Assembly: GCA_964581865.1 (NCBI GenBank)
Contig: CAZOQC010000017.1
Coordinates: forward strand, 2,457 to 66,456
DNA length: 64,000 nt
Direction of reading: 5' to 3'
Origin: an uncultured Spirosoma sp.
GTDB taxonomy: Bacteria; Bacteroidota; Bacteroidia; Cytophagales; Spirosomataceae
Shown here: positions 1 through 8,780 of the stretch, one piece after another
Position numbering within the stretch: position 1 is the stretch's first letter
Layout of the letters: each line of letters begins with the position of its first letter
Position numbers and translations under genes: made by a program
Notes under the pieces: generated by a model
The model's input: only the letters and a program-made list of their open reading frames with translations
Told to the model about the DNA's origin: nothing
The model's database searches: none

Positions 1-1638
1 GCGGGGCCGGTAGCGGAGCAGTAGGGACAGTTCGGCGGTATAGCCCTCGACCGTGTTGTAGTTCACCCGGCTCAGCGGCCCGGCATAACTCAGCGACGTC
101 GGTTTCGACGGGTACCACGTGTGCCCGTTAAGCAGCTTGCTTACTGTGATGGTTTTCGTCTTTTTCGCCGACGGGTTGCCGGCTTTCGCCAGGCTGTCGA
201 TCTTCGCTTTGTCGCCCGTTCGGATGATGCTCAGGCTGTCATTTTTGCGGTAGCTGATGCGCTCGTCCGACGTCAGCGGTACCGATCGCAGCGAATCCCA
301 GAAGGCGGTCGAGCGTTGGCGGGCCAGCGTGTCGATCACCAACGAGTCGTCGCGCACCACCGCTACGTCGGCTCCCTGCTTTTTGCGGGCCTGCTTTTCC
401 TGCTTCTCATACTCCTTCATCATCTGGCGCATGTTTTTGGTCGAGAACTCCTTCTGCTTCTTCACCAGATCATTGAGCTGCTGGCCTTTAATGTCACCCT
501 TCGACAGCGATTGGGTGGGTGGCGCTTTCTTCTCATCGACCACCTCAATGTCTTCCACGAAGGCCGGATTTACGACGAAATCACTGAATGTCAGGTTGCG
601 GATGTACTGTGCATTCCCCTTTACGCCCAGGTACGACCCCGCCCCGCTGTAGCGTTGGTTGGTGGGCATCCAGACGCCTTTGATCGGGCTGCACACGTTC
701 CGAATGGTAAACGAAATGCCGAGGCTCGACACCGTTTCGAGTTGCAGGCTGTAGATCGCCCAGGTGTTTTCGATGATAAAGATTGTTCCGCGAAAGACCC
801 CCTCGCCATACTGACGCGGGATGACCTGGATTTTGCTGACTTCGAGCGGATTCCCGTCGGGACCGGTTTCGCGGAAGGTGCCTTTGTACTCAAACTTGTA
901 ATACCCGAACGCTTTGGGCGACAGGGGCGATACGGCCCCGGCCACGGTGGGGCTGTAAAAACTGACGTTATAAAACTGGCTTGGACTCAGGAAGTCGCCC
1001 TGCGAATTACGGTTGGCAATAACCCGCTGCCGGTAGACATTCGGCTGTTGAAACGTCACGTCCGAGACTGTCTCGTTCAGGATCGGTACGCCCACTTTAA
1101 AGTTAGCATCGCGCTCAGCTTCTTTCAGTTGCTTTCTAAACAGCGACTCCGCGCCAAACGGCAGATCGGTGATGGTAAACGACGATTTGGTGTAGACGCG
1201 GGCCTTGAACCGCTGCACCTGAAGCTGGTGAAACCGGCTCTTGGCAATGGCCCGGCGCATGATGGTGTAGGCCGGGTCTTCGTTGCCGGCTTTGGTTTGT
1301 ACCTCGGCCAGCCGCAGTGCCTGCTCGGTCATCGTAACGTCGAGCGTACTGTATTCACTACCGATCGTTACCGTTTTCTGGACGGTCTGAAAGCCCAGAA
1401 ACTGAAACGTGACAGCGTACGTGCCGGGTGCCAGCGCAATCTCGTAGCGCCCCTCGCTGTTGGTAATTGTGCCCGTCGGCCGGTCGGGGCTGGTCGCCAT
1501 TTTCACGACGACGGCTGCATAGGGCAGTGCGTCACCGGTTGTACTTTTGACCAGGCCGCGCAGGCCGGTCGATGCCGTCTGGGCATAAATGGATTGACAA
1601 ATCAGGAACGTAAGGAAGGCCAGTAAGCAGCGGTGCAT
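1..1638 (-). CDS. CarboxypepD_reg-like + DUF5686-type secreted/outer-membrane-associated protein (partial; C-terminus lies beyond the left edge)
   Basis: This gene is absent from the ORF track because it is open to the window edge. Reading the reverse complement from ATG (1638..1636) gives MHRCLLAFLTFLICQSIYAQ, a signal peptide. It continues GLVKSTTGDALPYAAVVVK..TNSEGRYEIALAPGTYAVTFQFLGFQ, a carboxypeptidase-regulatory-like motif. There is no stop for 546 codons down to position 1. The + strand ORF 121..1626 is its low-complexity antisense shadow. Confidence 0.75.
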   Translation of the reverse strand, partial: MHRCLLAFLTFLICQSIYAQTASTGLRGLVKSTTGDALPYAAVVVKMATSPDRPTGTITNSEGRYEIALAPGTYAVTFQFLGFQTVQKTVTIGSEYSTLDVTMTEQALRLAEVQTKAGNEDPAYTIMRRAIAKSRFHQLQVQRFKARVYTKSSFTITDLPFGAESLFRKQLKEAERDANFKVGVPILNETVSDVTFQQPNVYRQRVIANRNSQGDFLSPSQFYNVSFYSPTVAGAVSPLSPKAFGYYKFEYKGTFRETGPDGNPLEVSKIQVIPRQYGEGVFRGTIFIIENTWAIYSLQLETVSSLGISFTIRNVCSPIKGVWMPTNQRYSGAGSYLGVKGNAQYIRNLTFSDFVVNPAFVEDIEVVDEKKAPPTQSLSKGDIKGQQLNDLVKKQKEFSTKNMRQMMKEYEKQEKQARKKQGADVAVVRDDSLVIDTLARQRSTAFWDSLRSVPLTSDERISYRKNDSLSIIRTGDKAKIDSLAKAGNPSAKKTKTITVSKLLNGHTWYPSKPTSLSYAGPLSRVNYNTVEGYTAELSLLLRYRPR

Positions 1639-1713
1639 AAAACGGGGGGGTAAACTAGTCACTATAACGATGCCGGTTGCATGAAATGGGTTGCTTTAGG
1701 AAAGTTACTATCA

Positions 1714-1806
1714 AACCCCCTCCCCGTTGAGGAAGGGGCTGAACTTTCGTGTTTTTTTAGCCCCTTCCTCAACGGGGAGGGGTTGGGGAGGGGTTGGGGA
1801 GGGGTT
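1714..1806. repeat. Inverted repeat plus (GGGGAGGGGTT)x3 tandem G-tract array
   Basis: Arm AACCCCCTCCCCGTTGAGGAAGGGGCT (1714-1740) pairs with AGCCCCTTCCTCAACGGGGAGGGGTT (1759-1784). Three exact 11-mers GGGGAGGGGTT occupy 1774-1806, 45 nt upstream of the ATG at 1851. Confidence 0.85.
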
Positions 1807-1850
1807 TTCGCCATTACCGCGTATCTTTCCAAAAATCGCTATTTCGCCGT

Positions 1851-3218
1851 ATGAACCAACCCCTTTACCTGTTTCTGCTCTTACTTTTCACAACGACCCG
1901 CGCGTTGTCTCAGCCACTGCCGCCCACTACTGTTCTGCCCGAACGCGACCGGGCGCGGGTCATCGACGACGTGCTGGACGATCGCTTCACGAATCTGCTG
2001 CCCCAGCTTATGCGACGGGAAGGCATCGATATGTGGGTGATTATTTCGCGGGAATACAACGAAGACCCGGTCCTGCGAACCATGCTGCCCAGCACGTGGC
2101 TCTCCGCCCGTCGCCGAACGATCATCGTATTTTACGACACCGGCAAAGAGGTGGAGAAGCTGGCTATCGCTCGCTATGACGTGGGTAATCTGTTGAAAGG
2201 GGCCTGGGATATCGACGTGCGCCCCAATCAGTGGGAGGCCCTGGCCCGGATTATTCAGGACCGCAAGCCAAAGAAAATCGGCTTAAATATGTCGGCCAAC
2301 TACGCTCACGCCGACGGACTGACGTTTACCGAACACGAGGAATTTCTGCAAAAACTCCCGGCTGATTATCAGAAGCGCATCGTGTCGGCGGAGAAGCTGT
2401 CGGTGGGCTGGCTCGAGACGCGTACGGAGAAAGAAATGGCGATGTATCCGATGATCTGCCGTCTGTCGCACGAGATGATTCAGGAAGGCTTTTCGGAGCA
2501 GGTTATTCAGCCCGGCGTCACCACGACCGACGACGTAGTGTGGTGGTTTCGGCAGCGCATCACCAATCTGGGTCTGGATACCTGGTTTCACCCCACCGTC
2601 GATGTACAGCGCGCCGATCCGGGCGATGGGTCGGCGCAGGCGTTCAACCACCTGCGTACGTTCTCCAAGCGCCCCGACAAGCAGGTGATTATGCCCGGCG
2701 ACCTGCTCCACGTCGATTTCGGTATCACCTATCTGCGGCTGAACACCGATCAGCAGCAACACGCCTACGTGCTGCGCCCCGGCGAAACCGACGTGCCGGA
2801 ATCGATCAAAGCGGCTTTCAAACAGGGAAACCGCTTGCAGGATATCCTGACGGAACAGTTTAAAACGGGCCGGACGGGGAATCAGATGCTACTGTCGGCG
2901 CTGGAACAATCGAAAAAAGAAGGGATTACCGGCACGATTTATACGCACCCGATTGGTGTACACGGTCACGCGGCCGGGCCTACCATCGGCCTGTGGGATC
3001 AGCAGAAGGGCGTGCCCGGTTCCGGCGATTACCCGTTACTGGCAAACACCGCCTACTCGATTGAGCTGAACGCAGCGGTTGAGGTGCCCGAGTGGAAACA
3101 GGTCGTCCGGATCATGCTGGAGGAAGACGGCTTTTTTGACGGGAAGACGTTCCGCTACATCGATGGTCGCCAAACGGAAATATACACCATCCCCCGGAAG
3201 CTGAGCTACGTGAAGTAA
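1851..3218 (+). CDS. M24-family metallopeptidase (Xaa-Pro aminopeptidase/creatinase-like), secreted
   Basis: This uses the frame of ORF 1794..3218. I prefer the ATG at 1851, which gives MNQPLYLFLLLLFTTTRALSQ (signal peptide). The longer start reads through the G-tract repeat. Pita-bread-type motifs are present: PGDLLHVDFG, YTHPIGVHGHAAGP, SIELNA, IMLEED. Confidence 0.7.
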   Translation: MNQPLYLFLLLLFTTTRALSQPLPPTTVLPERDRARVIDDVLDDRFTNLLPQLMRREGIDMWVIISREYNEDPVLRTMLPSTWLSARRRTIIVFYDTGKEVEKLAIARYDVGNLLKGAWDIDVRPNQWEALARIIQDRKPKKIGLNMSANYAHADGLTFTEHEEFLQKLPADYQKRIVSAEKLSVGWLETRTEKEMAMYPMICRLSHEMIQEGFSEQVIQPGVTTTDDVVWWFRQRITNLGLDTWFHPTVDVQRADPGDGSAQAFNHLRTFSKRPDKQVIMPGDLLHVDFGITYLRLNTDQQQHAYVLRPGETDVPESIKAAFKQGNRLQDILTEQFKTGRTGNQMLLSALEQSKKEGITGTIYTHPIGVHGHAAGPTIGLWDQQKGVPGSGDYPLLANTAYSIELNAAVEVPEWKQVVRIMLEEDGFFDGKTFRYIDGRQTEIYTIPRKLSYVK

Positions 3219-3346
3219 ACAGGTCGGCTTGTCGACGAATCGATGCATTGTCATACGTTCAGTAAATTTTTGTCGCACCATTTTATTCTTCGCAGTAGGT
3301 TTGGGGTTTCCGCTTAAAAAATTCTCTATCACATCCCCCAAACCGT

Positions 3347-3928
3347 ATGCGTATCAATTACTTCCTCGCCATCATTGCCCTGTTCACACTGACCCTCGCG
3401 GGCTGTTCCAAGTCAGACGATAATGTCAACCCAGCTACTACATCTAGTCCCGCTGACCTGCTTGCACGTACCTGGGTCTTTAATGACATCAGCGTTCAGA
3501 CGGATGCCAAAAAGTATCAGGTAGCCGCTAAACTTCCTACAGGGGAGGGGTTGATAGGCGACGACAATGTTGTGACCTATAAAAAAGACGGTACGTATTC
3601 GTACCTCGACAACAAAGCCACTGTGACGGGCAAGTGGACCCTTTCCGATAAGACGCTGGTAATGGTTGATGCTGACAATATGAAGTCAACCTGGACTGTA
3701 AATACATTGTCTGCAACGGACCTGAATCTAGCCAGTGTCGTGGTCAACCTACAGAAGGGTAACATTCTGAACGACAGCAAAGTGTACACGACCGAGGAAA
3801 CATCGATTGGTGCGTCGAGCTTGTTTCTGCTCGCCCTGCTCGATAAAAAAAGCGGAGGTACCGTTGACTTCAGCAAGGAACCTGCACAGAAGACAGTTCA
3901 GTTGCTAGTGAACGGCAAAGCGAAGTAA
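3347..3928 (+). CDS. Lipoprotein, lipocalin-like domain (hypothetical)
   Basis: The product starts MRINYFLAIIALFTLTLAGCSK, with a lipobox LAGC. The pattern TWVFNDISV...GKWTLSDKTLV is typical of small lipocalin-like lipoproteins. Confidence 0.55.
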   Translation: MRINYFLAIIALFTLTLAGCSKSDDNVNPATTSSPADLLARTWVFNDISVQTDAKKYQVAAKLPTGEGLIGDDNVVTYKKDGTYSYLDNKATVTGKWTLSDKTLVMVDADNMKSTWTVNTLSATDLNLASVVVNLQKGNILNDSKVYTTEETSIGASSLFLLALLDKKSGGTVDFSKEPAQKTVQLLVNGKAK

Positions 3929-3960
3929 GAAACCGCTACCGGGTGTAGCAACGACACAGG

Positions 3961-4006
3961 GAATCGGCCCTGACTATACAACTATTTGTATAGTCAGGGC
4001 CGATTC
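3961..4006. terminator. Bidirectional hairpin between convergent genes
   Basis: A perfect 20-bp stem, GAATCGGCCCTGACTATACA / TGTATAGTCAGGGCCGATTC, encloses a 6-nt loop. The stop codon of the minus-strand gene lies inside the right arm. Confidence 0.7.
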
Positions 4007-4353
4007 GGTACAAGTCGAATACGGATCAGTCGTTTTCCGTTGGCGTTAGGCTGGCTAACGCTGAGACTGTCGATGTACATGCCCGGCTGCGCTACCCGCT
4101 GCCGAACTGCGGCATTGCTCACAATTTTACTGTTGACCATGTACGTTGCCTCGTTGTCGGGGTAATCGAACAGCCGAGCCCTGCCCTGTACCGATTGATT
4201 GCACATGCCGCCGGGATTGACGTGATCGTAAATTTCCCGGCTGGCGGGTTTTATCTGATTGTACGTCGGTAGTAATATGGCTGTCGGGCGGTTTTGTGCC
4301 TGAGAAACATATCCCGTCAACAAAAGCAAAAAACCAAAGAATGGACTGCGCAT
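3994..4353 (-). CDS. Small secreted hypothetical protein
   Basis: This uses the frame of ORF 3994..4398. The internal ATG at 4353 gives MRSPFFGFLLLLTGYVSQAQ (signal peptide). I recognised no family motif. Confidence 0.45.
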   Translation of the reverse strand: MRSPFFGFLLLLTGYVSQAQNRPTAILLPTYNQIKPASREIYDHVNPGGMCNQSVQGRARLFDYPDNEATYMVNSKIVSNAAVRQRVAQPGMYIDSLSVSQPNANGKRLIRIRLVPNRP

Positions 4354-4420
4354 ACTGGTGGTAATCAGTGATTTGTTGAGTAGACCCCCATCAGACAAAC
4401 AGCGTTGTAACGGTTAGTTT

Positions 4421-5785
4421 TTACAACCCGTACTGATCCAGCAGATACGTTAGTGCCGCCATCGACGCGGCCCCCAATTCCAGCTCACGCTGACTAACCG
4501 CTTCAAACCGGTCGACGGGGGTGTGATGATAGTCGAAGTAGCGTTGCGAATCGGGTTTGAATCCGAACAGTACCGTGCCCGTCTGCGCGAGCGGGCCAAT
4601 GTCGGCACCACCACTGCCGGGACCAATGTCGGTCAGGCCGTAGGGAGCGAGCAACGGTGTCCAGCGCATGGCTTTGGTCCGTTGTTCCGGCGTCCCGACG
4701 ATACCAAAGCCACGGGGCGTAAATCCGCCTTCATCCGACTCGATAGCCGCGATGGTCTTTTCGTTGTTCTGCTTCGCCAGATCGGCGTATTTGATGCCCC
4801 CACGCAGCCCATTTTCTTCGTTCATAAACATCACCGCCCGCAGTGTTCGCTTGGGTTTGATACCCAGCGCCTTCATAATTCGCAGCACGTCCATCGACTG
4901 CACACAACCCGATCCGTCGTCGTGCGCGCCTTCGGCCAGGTCCCACGAATCTAGGTGGCCACCGACGACGATAATCTCGTCGGGTTTTTCCGATCCTTTA
5001 ATCTCACCGACTACATTATACGACTTCGCATCGGGCAGCGTTTCGCAATTCTGTTTGAAAAAAAACGTCAGCGACGGATTTTCGGTGAGCGACCTACTGA
5101 GCAGATCGGCCCCGTTGGTACTGATAGCCGCCGTCGGAATCAGCGGCACGCCCGTTCCGTAACGGGTTCCGCCCGTATGCGGCTGATCGTCGTGCCGGTT
5201 GCTCATCGACCGGACAATCGCGCCGACGGCTCCGAGTTTGGCCGCTTCGGTTGCCCCGTTGGCCCGCTGATCGACTGCCCCGCCGTAGGCTTCGAACGTA
5301 TTGAGTTTGGTCGGGTCCATCGGCCGGTTGAAAAACACGATCTTACCCTTCACTTTCTCCGCACCCAATGCCCGCAGTTCAGGAAACGATTTCACTTCGA
5401 TTACCTGCGCTTCAACGCCGGTCGGTGCCGTCGCGACCGACCCGCCGAGCGCGGCAATCGGCACGGTCGTTTTCTGTTTTCCGACGTGGATATAGGCTTC
5501 TTCTTTCGCGCCCCGCACCCAGTGCGGCACCATCACTTCCTGCAGAAACACCCGGTCGAAGCCTTCTTTCTCCATTACCTGCTTCGTCCAGTCGACCGCT
5601 TTCTGGGCCCCATCTGATCCGCTGAGCCGTGGCCCGATCTGCTTGGTCAGGTAACGTAGCCATTCGTACGATTTACCGTTGCTCAGTGCTTCGTTGTAGA
5701 TTCTTCGGATGGCGACCGAGTCCGGATTTTGCGCCAGCACCGAGCCAGCCAGCAGCGAAAGCAGCAGCGTAGTCGTTTTTTTCAT
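4421..5785 (-). CDS. M28-family zinc aminopeptidase/carboxypeptidase, secreted
   Basis: The signal peptide is MKKTTTLLLSLLAGSVLAQ. M28 metal-ligand blocks are present: GGHLDSWDLAEGAHDDGSGC and FMNEENGLRG. Confidence 0.85.
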   Translation of the reverse strand: MKKTTTLLLSLLAGSVLAQNPDSVAIRRIYNEALSNGKSYEWLRYLTKQIGPRLSGSDGAQKAVDWTKQVMEKEGFDRVFLQEVMVPHWVRGAKEEAYIHVGKQKTTVPIAALGGSVATAPTGVEAQVIEVKSFPELRALGAEKVKGKIVFFNRPMDPTKLNTFEAYGGAVDQRANGATEAAKLGAVGAIVRSMSNRHDDQPHTGGTRYGTGVPLIPTAAISTNGADLLSRSLTENPSLTFFFKQNCETLPDAKSYNVVGEIKGSEKPDEIIVVGGHLDSWDLAEGAHDDGSGCVQSMDVLRIMKALGIKPKRTLRAVMFMNEENGLRGGIKYADLAKQNNEKTIAAIESDEGGFTPRGFGIVGTPEQRTKAMRWTPLLAPYGLTDIGPGSGGADIGPLAQTGTVLFGFKPDSQRYFDYHHTPVDRFEAVSQRELELGAASMAALTYLLDQYGL

Positions 5786-5824
5786 GGTTGGGGTTGTATT
5801 CGTGAACAGGCAAGATAAGTAAAA

Positions 5825-5940
5825 GTAGCCGGTGTGTGTAACCCAGACCTCCCGGTCTGGTAGTTGCGACAGCGGCTAAAAAGCATCCGCCTTGATTAGT
5901 TAGCCTGACGGCTACCAGACCTGGAGGTCTGGGCTACACT
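5825..5940. repeat. REP/MITE-like palindromic element, family A, copy 1
   Basis: The arms are GTGTAACCCAGACCTCCCGGTCTGGTAG (5836-5863) and CTACCAGACCTGGAGGTCTGGGCTACAC (5912-5939). The spacer carries AAAAAGC..CCGCCT..CCTGACGG, shared with the copies at 20767, 25302 and 13663. Confidence 0.85.
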
Positions 5941-5954
5941 TTCTTCGCCACACC

Positions 5955-6293
5955 ATGAACACACGACCGAAAGCGGTACGAAACGCGATCATTTGGGGCA
6001 TGGTCGGGTTTTGTTTTGGGGCTGCACTTAGCGGCCTGAAAGGTGGGCTTAGAATTGGTATTGGGGCGGCAACGGTCGCTTACTATATGCCGCCCACCGC
6101 TTCTGGAAGGGGTAAGTGGTCGCACATCCGGTATTTACCCTGGTCGAATACGTTGTACGCATCCATACTATTGCTCGGGTTTTTAACTGGCCTGTCGATC
6201 GGGAGAGATCCATTACAGGACGCCCTGACAGGTGTTGTTGGCATGGCGATGATCTATCCAATGACGTACTGGTTGCAGCTCAAGCCGTGGTAA
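5955..6293 (+). CDS. Small integral membrane protein (hypothetical)
   Basis: The 112-aa ORF has three or four hydrophobic stretches, for example IIWGMVGFCFGAALSGL and ILLLGFLTGLSI. A terminator follows. I recognised no family. Confidence 0.4.
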   Translation: MNTRPKAVRNAIIWGMVGFCFGAALSGLKGGLRIGIGAATVAYYMPPTASGRGKWSHIRYLPWSNTLYASILLLGFLTGLSIGRDPLQDALTGVVGMAMIYPMTYWLQLKPW

Positions 6294-6316
6294 TGACATT
6301 CATTCTATCCACACCA

Positions 6317-6364
6317 TAAAAAAATACGCCCAGCTACTGTACTAGTAGCCGGGCGTATTTTTTC
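6317..6364. terminator. Bidirectional rho-independent terminator
   Basis: The stem AAATACGCCCAGCTACT / AGTAGCCGGGCGTATTT has one mismatch. It is flanked by an A-run on the left and a T-run on the right, between convergent genes. Confidence 0.8.
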
Positions 6365-6378
6365 TTTCTCTCTACAAA

Positions 6379-7779
6379 TTACATATTGATCGCCCGGTTG
6401 TCGGTGGCGGCAAGGCAGGCTTCTTTGAAGGCTTCGGTGTAGGTCGGGTGGGCGTGCGACATACGCGAGACGTCTTCGGCCGACGCCCGGAATTCCATCG
6501 CCACCACGGCTTCGGCGATCATGTCGGCGGCCCGGGGGCCGATGATGTGAACGCCCAGAATTTCGTCGGTTTCTTTGTGAGCCAGTACTTTCGCCAGGCC
6601 GTCGATGTCCATACTGGCGCGGGCGCGGCCCAGTGCCTTGAACGGAAATGAGCCCGTTTTGTACGGAATGCCCTGCTGTTTTACTTCCTCTTCGGTGTAT
6701 CCTACAGCGGCTACTTCCGGCCAGGTATACACGACGTTCGGGATGAGCCGGTAGTGAATGTGCGGCTTCTGCCCGACAATCGTTTCAGCAATGTAGGTGC
6801 CTTCTTCTTCGGCTTTGTGGGCCAGCATCGCCCCCCGGATTACGTCGCCGAGCGCGTAGATGTGCGGAACGCTGGTACGGAGGTTATTGTCGACGTCGAT
6901 TTTGCCGCGCTCGTCGGCTTTCAGACCGGCCGCTTCGAGATTCAGCCCGTCGGTGTAGGGGCGACGGCCAACCGATACCAGGCAATAGTCGCCGGTTAGC
7001 GTAATCGATTTGCCATCGGCGGTATCGACGTTGACGACGACTTCATCGCCCGTATTTTCGACTTTCGTGACTTTGTGCTTGAAATAGAAATCGGCACCGA
7101 GCTTCTTGACGGCCCGCTGTAGTTCCTTGCCCATCGTTTTGTCCATCGTCGGAATCATCGAATCGGCAAACTCGATGAATGACACTTTAGCCCCCAATCG
7201 GGCGTACACCGATCCCAGTTCGGCACCGATCACGCCCGCACCAATGACGATCAGGTGTTTCGGGATTTCGGGTAGGTTAAGGGCTTCGGTCGACGTGATA
7301 ACCCGCGTTTTGTCAATGGGCATCGACGGGAACGACGATGGTTTTGAACCAGTCGCGATCACGATGTTTTTGCCGGTAATCGTCTGTTCCGATCCGTCGG
7401 CCTTCGTGATTTTTACCGTGTTCGCATCGACAAACGAGCCAAGGCCGTGCAGTTCGTCGATTTTGTTTTTCTTCATCAGGAAGGTGATGCCCTTCGTCGT
7501 CTGGTCGACAACGACATTTTTGCGACCAATCATCTGACCCAGATCGACTTGCAGGTCGTTCAGCTTGATACCGTGTTCGGCAAAAGTGTGAGCCGCGTTA
7601 TAAAAATGCTCCGATGAGTCGAGCAGCGCCTTTGAGGGAATACAGCCCACGTTCAGGCAGGTACCGCCCAGCGTAGCGTATTTTTCGATGACAGCGGTTT
7701 TCAAACCGAGCTGCGCGCAACGGATAGCACCTGTGTAGCCACCCGGTCCGGAGCCAATAAAAATTACGTCGTAGTCCAT
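6379..7779 (-). CDS. lpdA: Dihydrolipoyl dehydrogenase (E3)
   Basis: Motifs seen: the GSGPGGY FAD-binding motif, the redox disulfide GGTCLNVGCIPSK, a second Rossmann fold IGAGVIGAE, and a C-terminal HAHPT. Confidence 0.95.
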   Translation of the reverse strand: MDYDVIFIGSGPGGYTGAIRCAQLGLKTAVIEKYATLGGTCLNVGCIPSKALLDSSEHFYNAAHTFAEHGIKLNDLQVDLGQMIGRKNVVVDQTTKGITFLMKKNKIDELHGLGSFVDANTVKITKADGSEQTITGKNIVIATGSKPSSFPSMPIDKTRVITSTEALNLPEIPKHLIVIGAGVIGAELGSVYARLGAKVSFIEFADSMIPTMDKTMGKELQRAVKKLGADFYFKHKVTKVENTGDEVVVNVDTADGKSITLTGDYCLVSVGRRPYTDGLNLEAAGLKADERGKIDVDNNLRTSVPHIYALGDVIRGAMLAHKAEEEGTYIAETIVGQKPHIHYRLIPNVVYTWPEVAAVGYTEEEVKQQGIPYKTGSFPFKALGRARASMDIDGLAKVLAHKETDEILGVHIIGPRAADMIAEAVVAMEFRASAEDVSRMSHAHPTYTEAFKEACLAATDNRAINM

Positions 7780-7798
7780 GATACGTATTGGGAATGTA

Positions 7799-7885
7799 GT
7801 TTAAGGTCTAAAGTCTAACGTTTAAGGTTGCTCTACGCCCGAACCTAACGGCGGTAGAACGTTAAACCTCAAGCCTTAAACCTTG
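7799..7885. repeat. Imperfect inverted repeat in divergent intergenic region
   Basis: GTTTAAGGTCTAAAGTCTAACGTT (7799-7822) matches the reverse complement of AACGTTAAACCTCAAGCCTTAAAC (7858-7881) at about three quarters of positions by eye. A small CTACGCC/GGCGGTAG stem sits between them. Confidence 0.4.
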
Positions 7886-8009
7886 AACACGCTGTTAGTA
7901 TTACGAGTGCAAATTTGGTTCAGAATTCGATTGCCCAAACCGATTTTGAGAAAATCGTGTTGCAGAGTCGGCGGTGCGTTCCGGTCTGACGTTCCCGGCC
8001 CCCGTATCT

Positions 8010-8579
8010 ATGCGTCTTTCGGTTCTCTTTATCCTCCTCTTTGCGCTGACTATCAGCAGTTGTTCCGACCCAGCCAAATCCGATCAGCCCAAGGTTTATT
8101 TCGACGTGCTGGGGTACGTTCATCAGCAGATTGCGGGCCTGTCGGTCCAGAAACCGCTGGTGAACAAAGCCGCTCAGATCAATAAGGCCCACAGTCGGCA
8201 CACAACCCGCGACATCGACTGGGCTCGCGAACTCGATCTTTTTACACAGGCCGATATCAATAAGCCCGCCCTGCGCAGCAGTTACCAGATTACCCGCCCC
8301 GACTCGCTGACCTACCAATATACGCTGAAACCCACCGAAGAACGGCTGACGGTGCGTTCGCTGCGTGTTCGGCTCGATGCCGTTACCCATCAGCCCCGGC
8401 AGATCGACGCCGTGCTGAAAACCAGCAACGCCCTGTACTCGTCGGAACGGCACCTGACGCTCGACAGTGGCCCCACCGGCGAAAAAGCGTGGCGGGTGCA
8501 ACATTACAAACTGGCTGGTTATCAGGAACTTTCGTATTTCGATCGGAATACATTTCAGGTAGAAGGCCAGCTACAGTAG
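8010..8579 (+). CDS. Lipoprotein (hypothetical)
   Basis: This uses the frame of ORF 7974..8579. The ATG at 8010 gives MRLSVLFILLFALTISSCSD, with a lipobox. Confidence 0.55.
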   Translation: MRLSVLFILLFALTISSCSDPAKSDQPKVYFDVLGYVHQQIAGLSVQKPLVNKAAQINKAHSRHTTRDIDWARELDLFTQADINKPALRSSYQITRPDSLTYQYTLKPTEERLTVRSLRVRLDAVTHQPRQIDAVLKTSNALYSSERHLTLDSGPTGEKAWRVQHYKLAGYQELSYFDRNTFQVEGQLQ

Positions 8580-8780
8580 GTCGATTAACTACGTTTGGCT
8601 ACAGGTTTGCACCGAACTCAGTGAGCCGTCAAACTCATTTTTTCTGTCGGTCGACCCACTGTCTTTTTCTATCTTTGTTCACCACCCTGCTGAACGAAAG
8701 CCGTTCGGAGGCCGTTGTTTTTTCATCAACCTGACAATCAGCCGTTCCGGCAATTTTGTGTTGCAGCAACGGCTCCAGCT

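Noticed and set aside
121-1626. 501-aa + strand ORF at the left edge
   Set aside because: Its composition is low-complexity and Arg/Leu/Gly-rich, and it has no motifs. It lies exactly antisense to a well-formed minus-strand gene (1..1638) that has a signal peptide and a CarboxypepD_reg motif. It is an antisense shadow ORF typical of GC-rich coding DNA.
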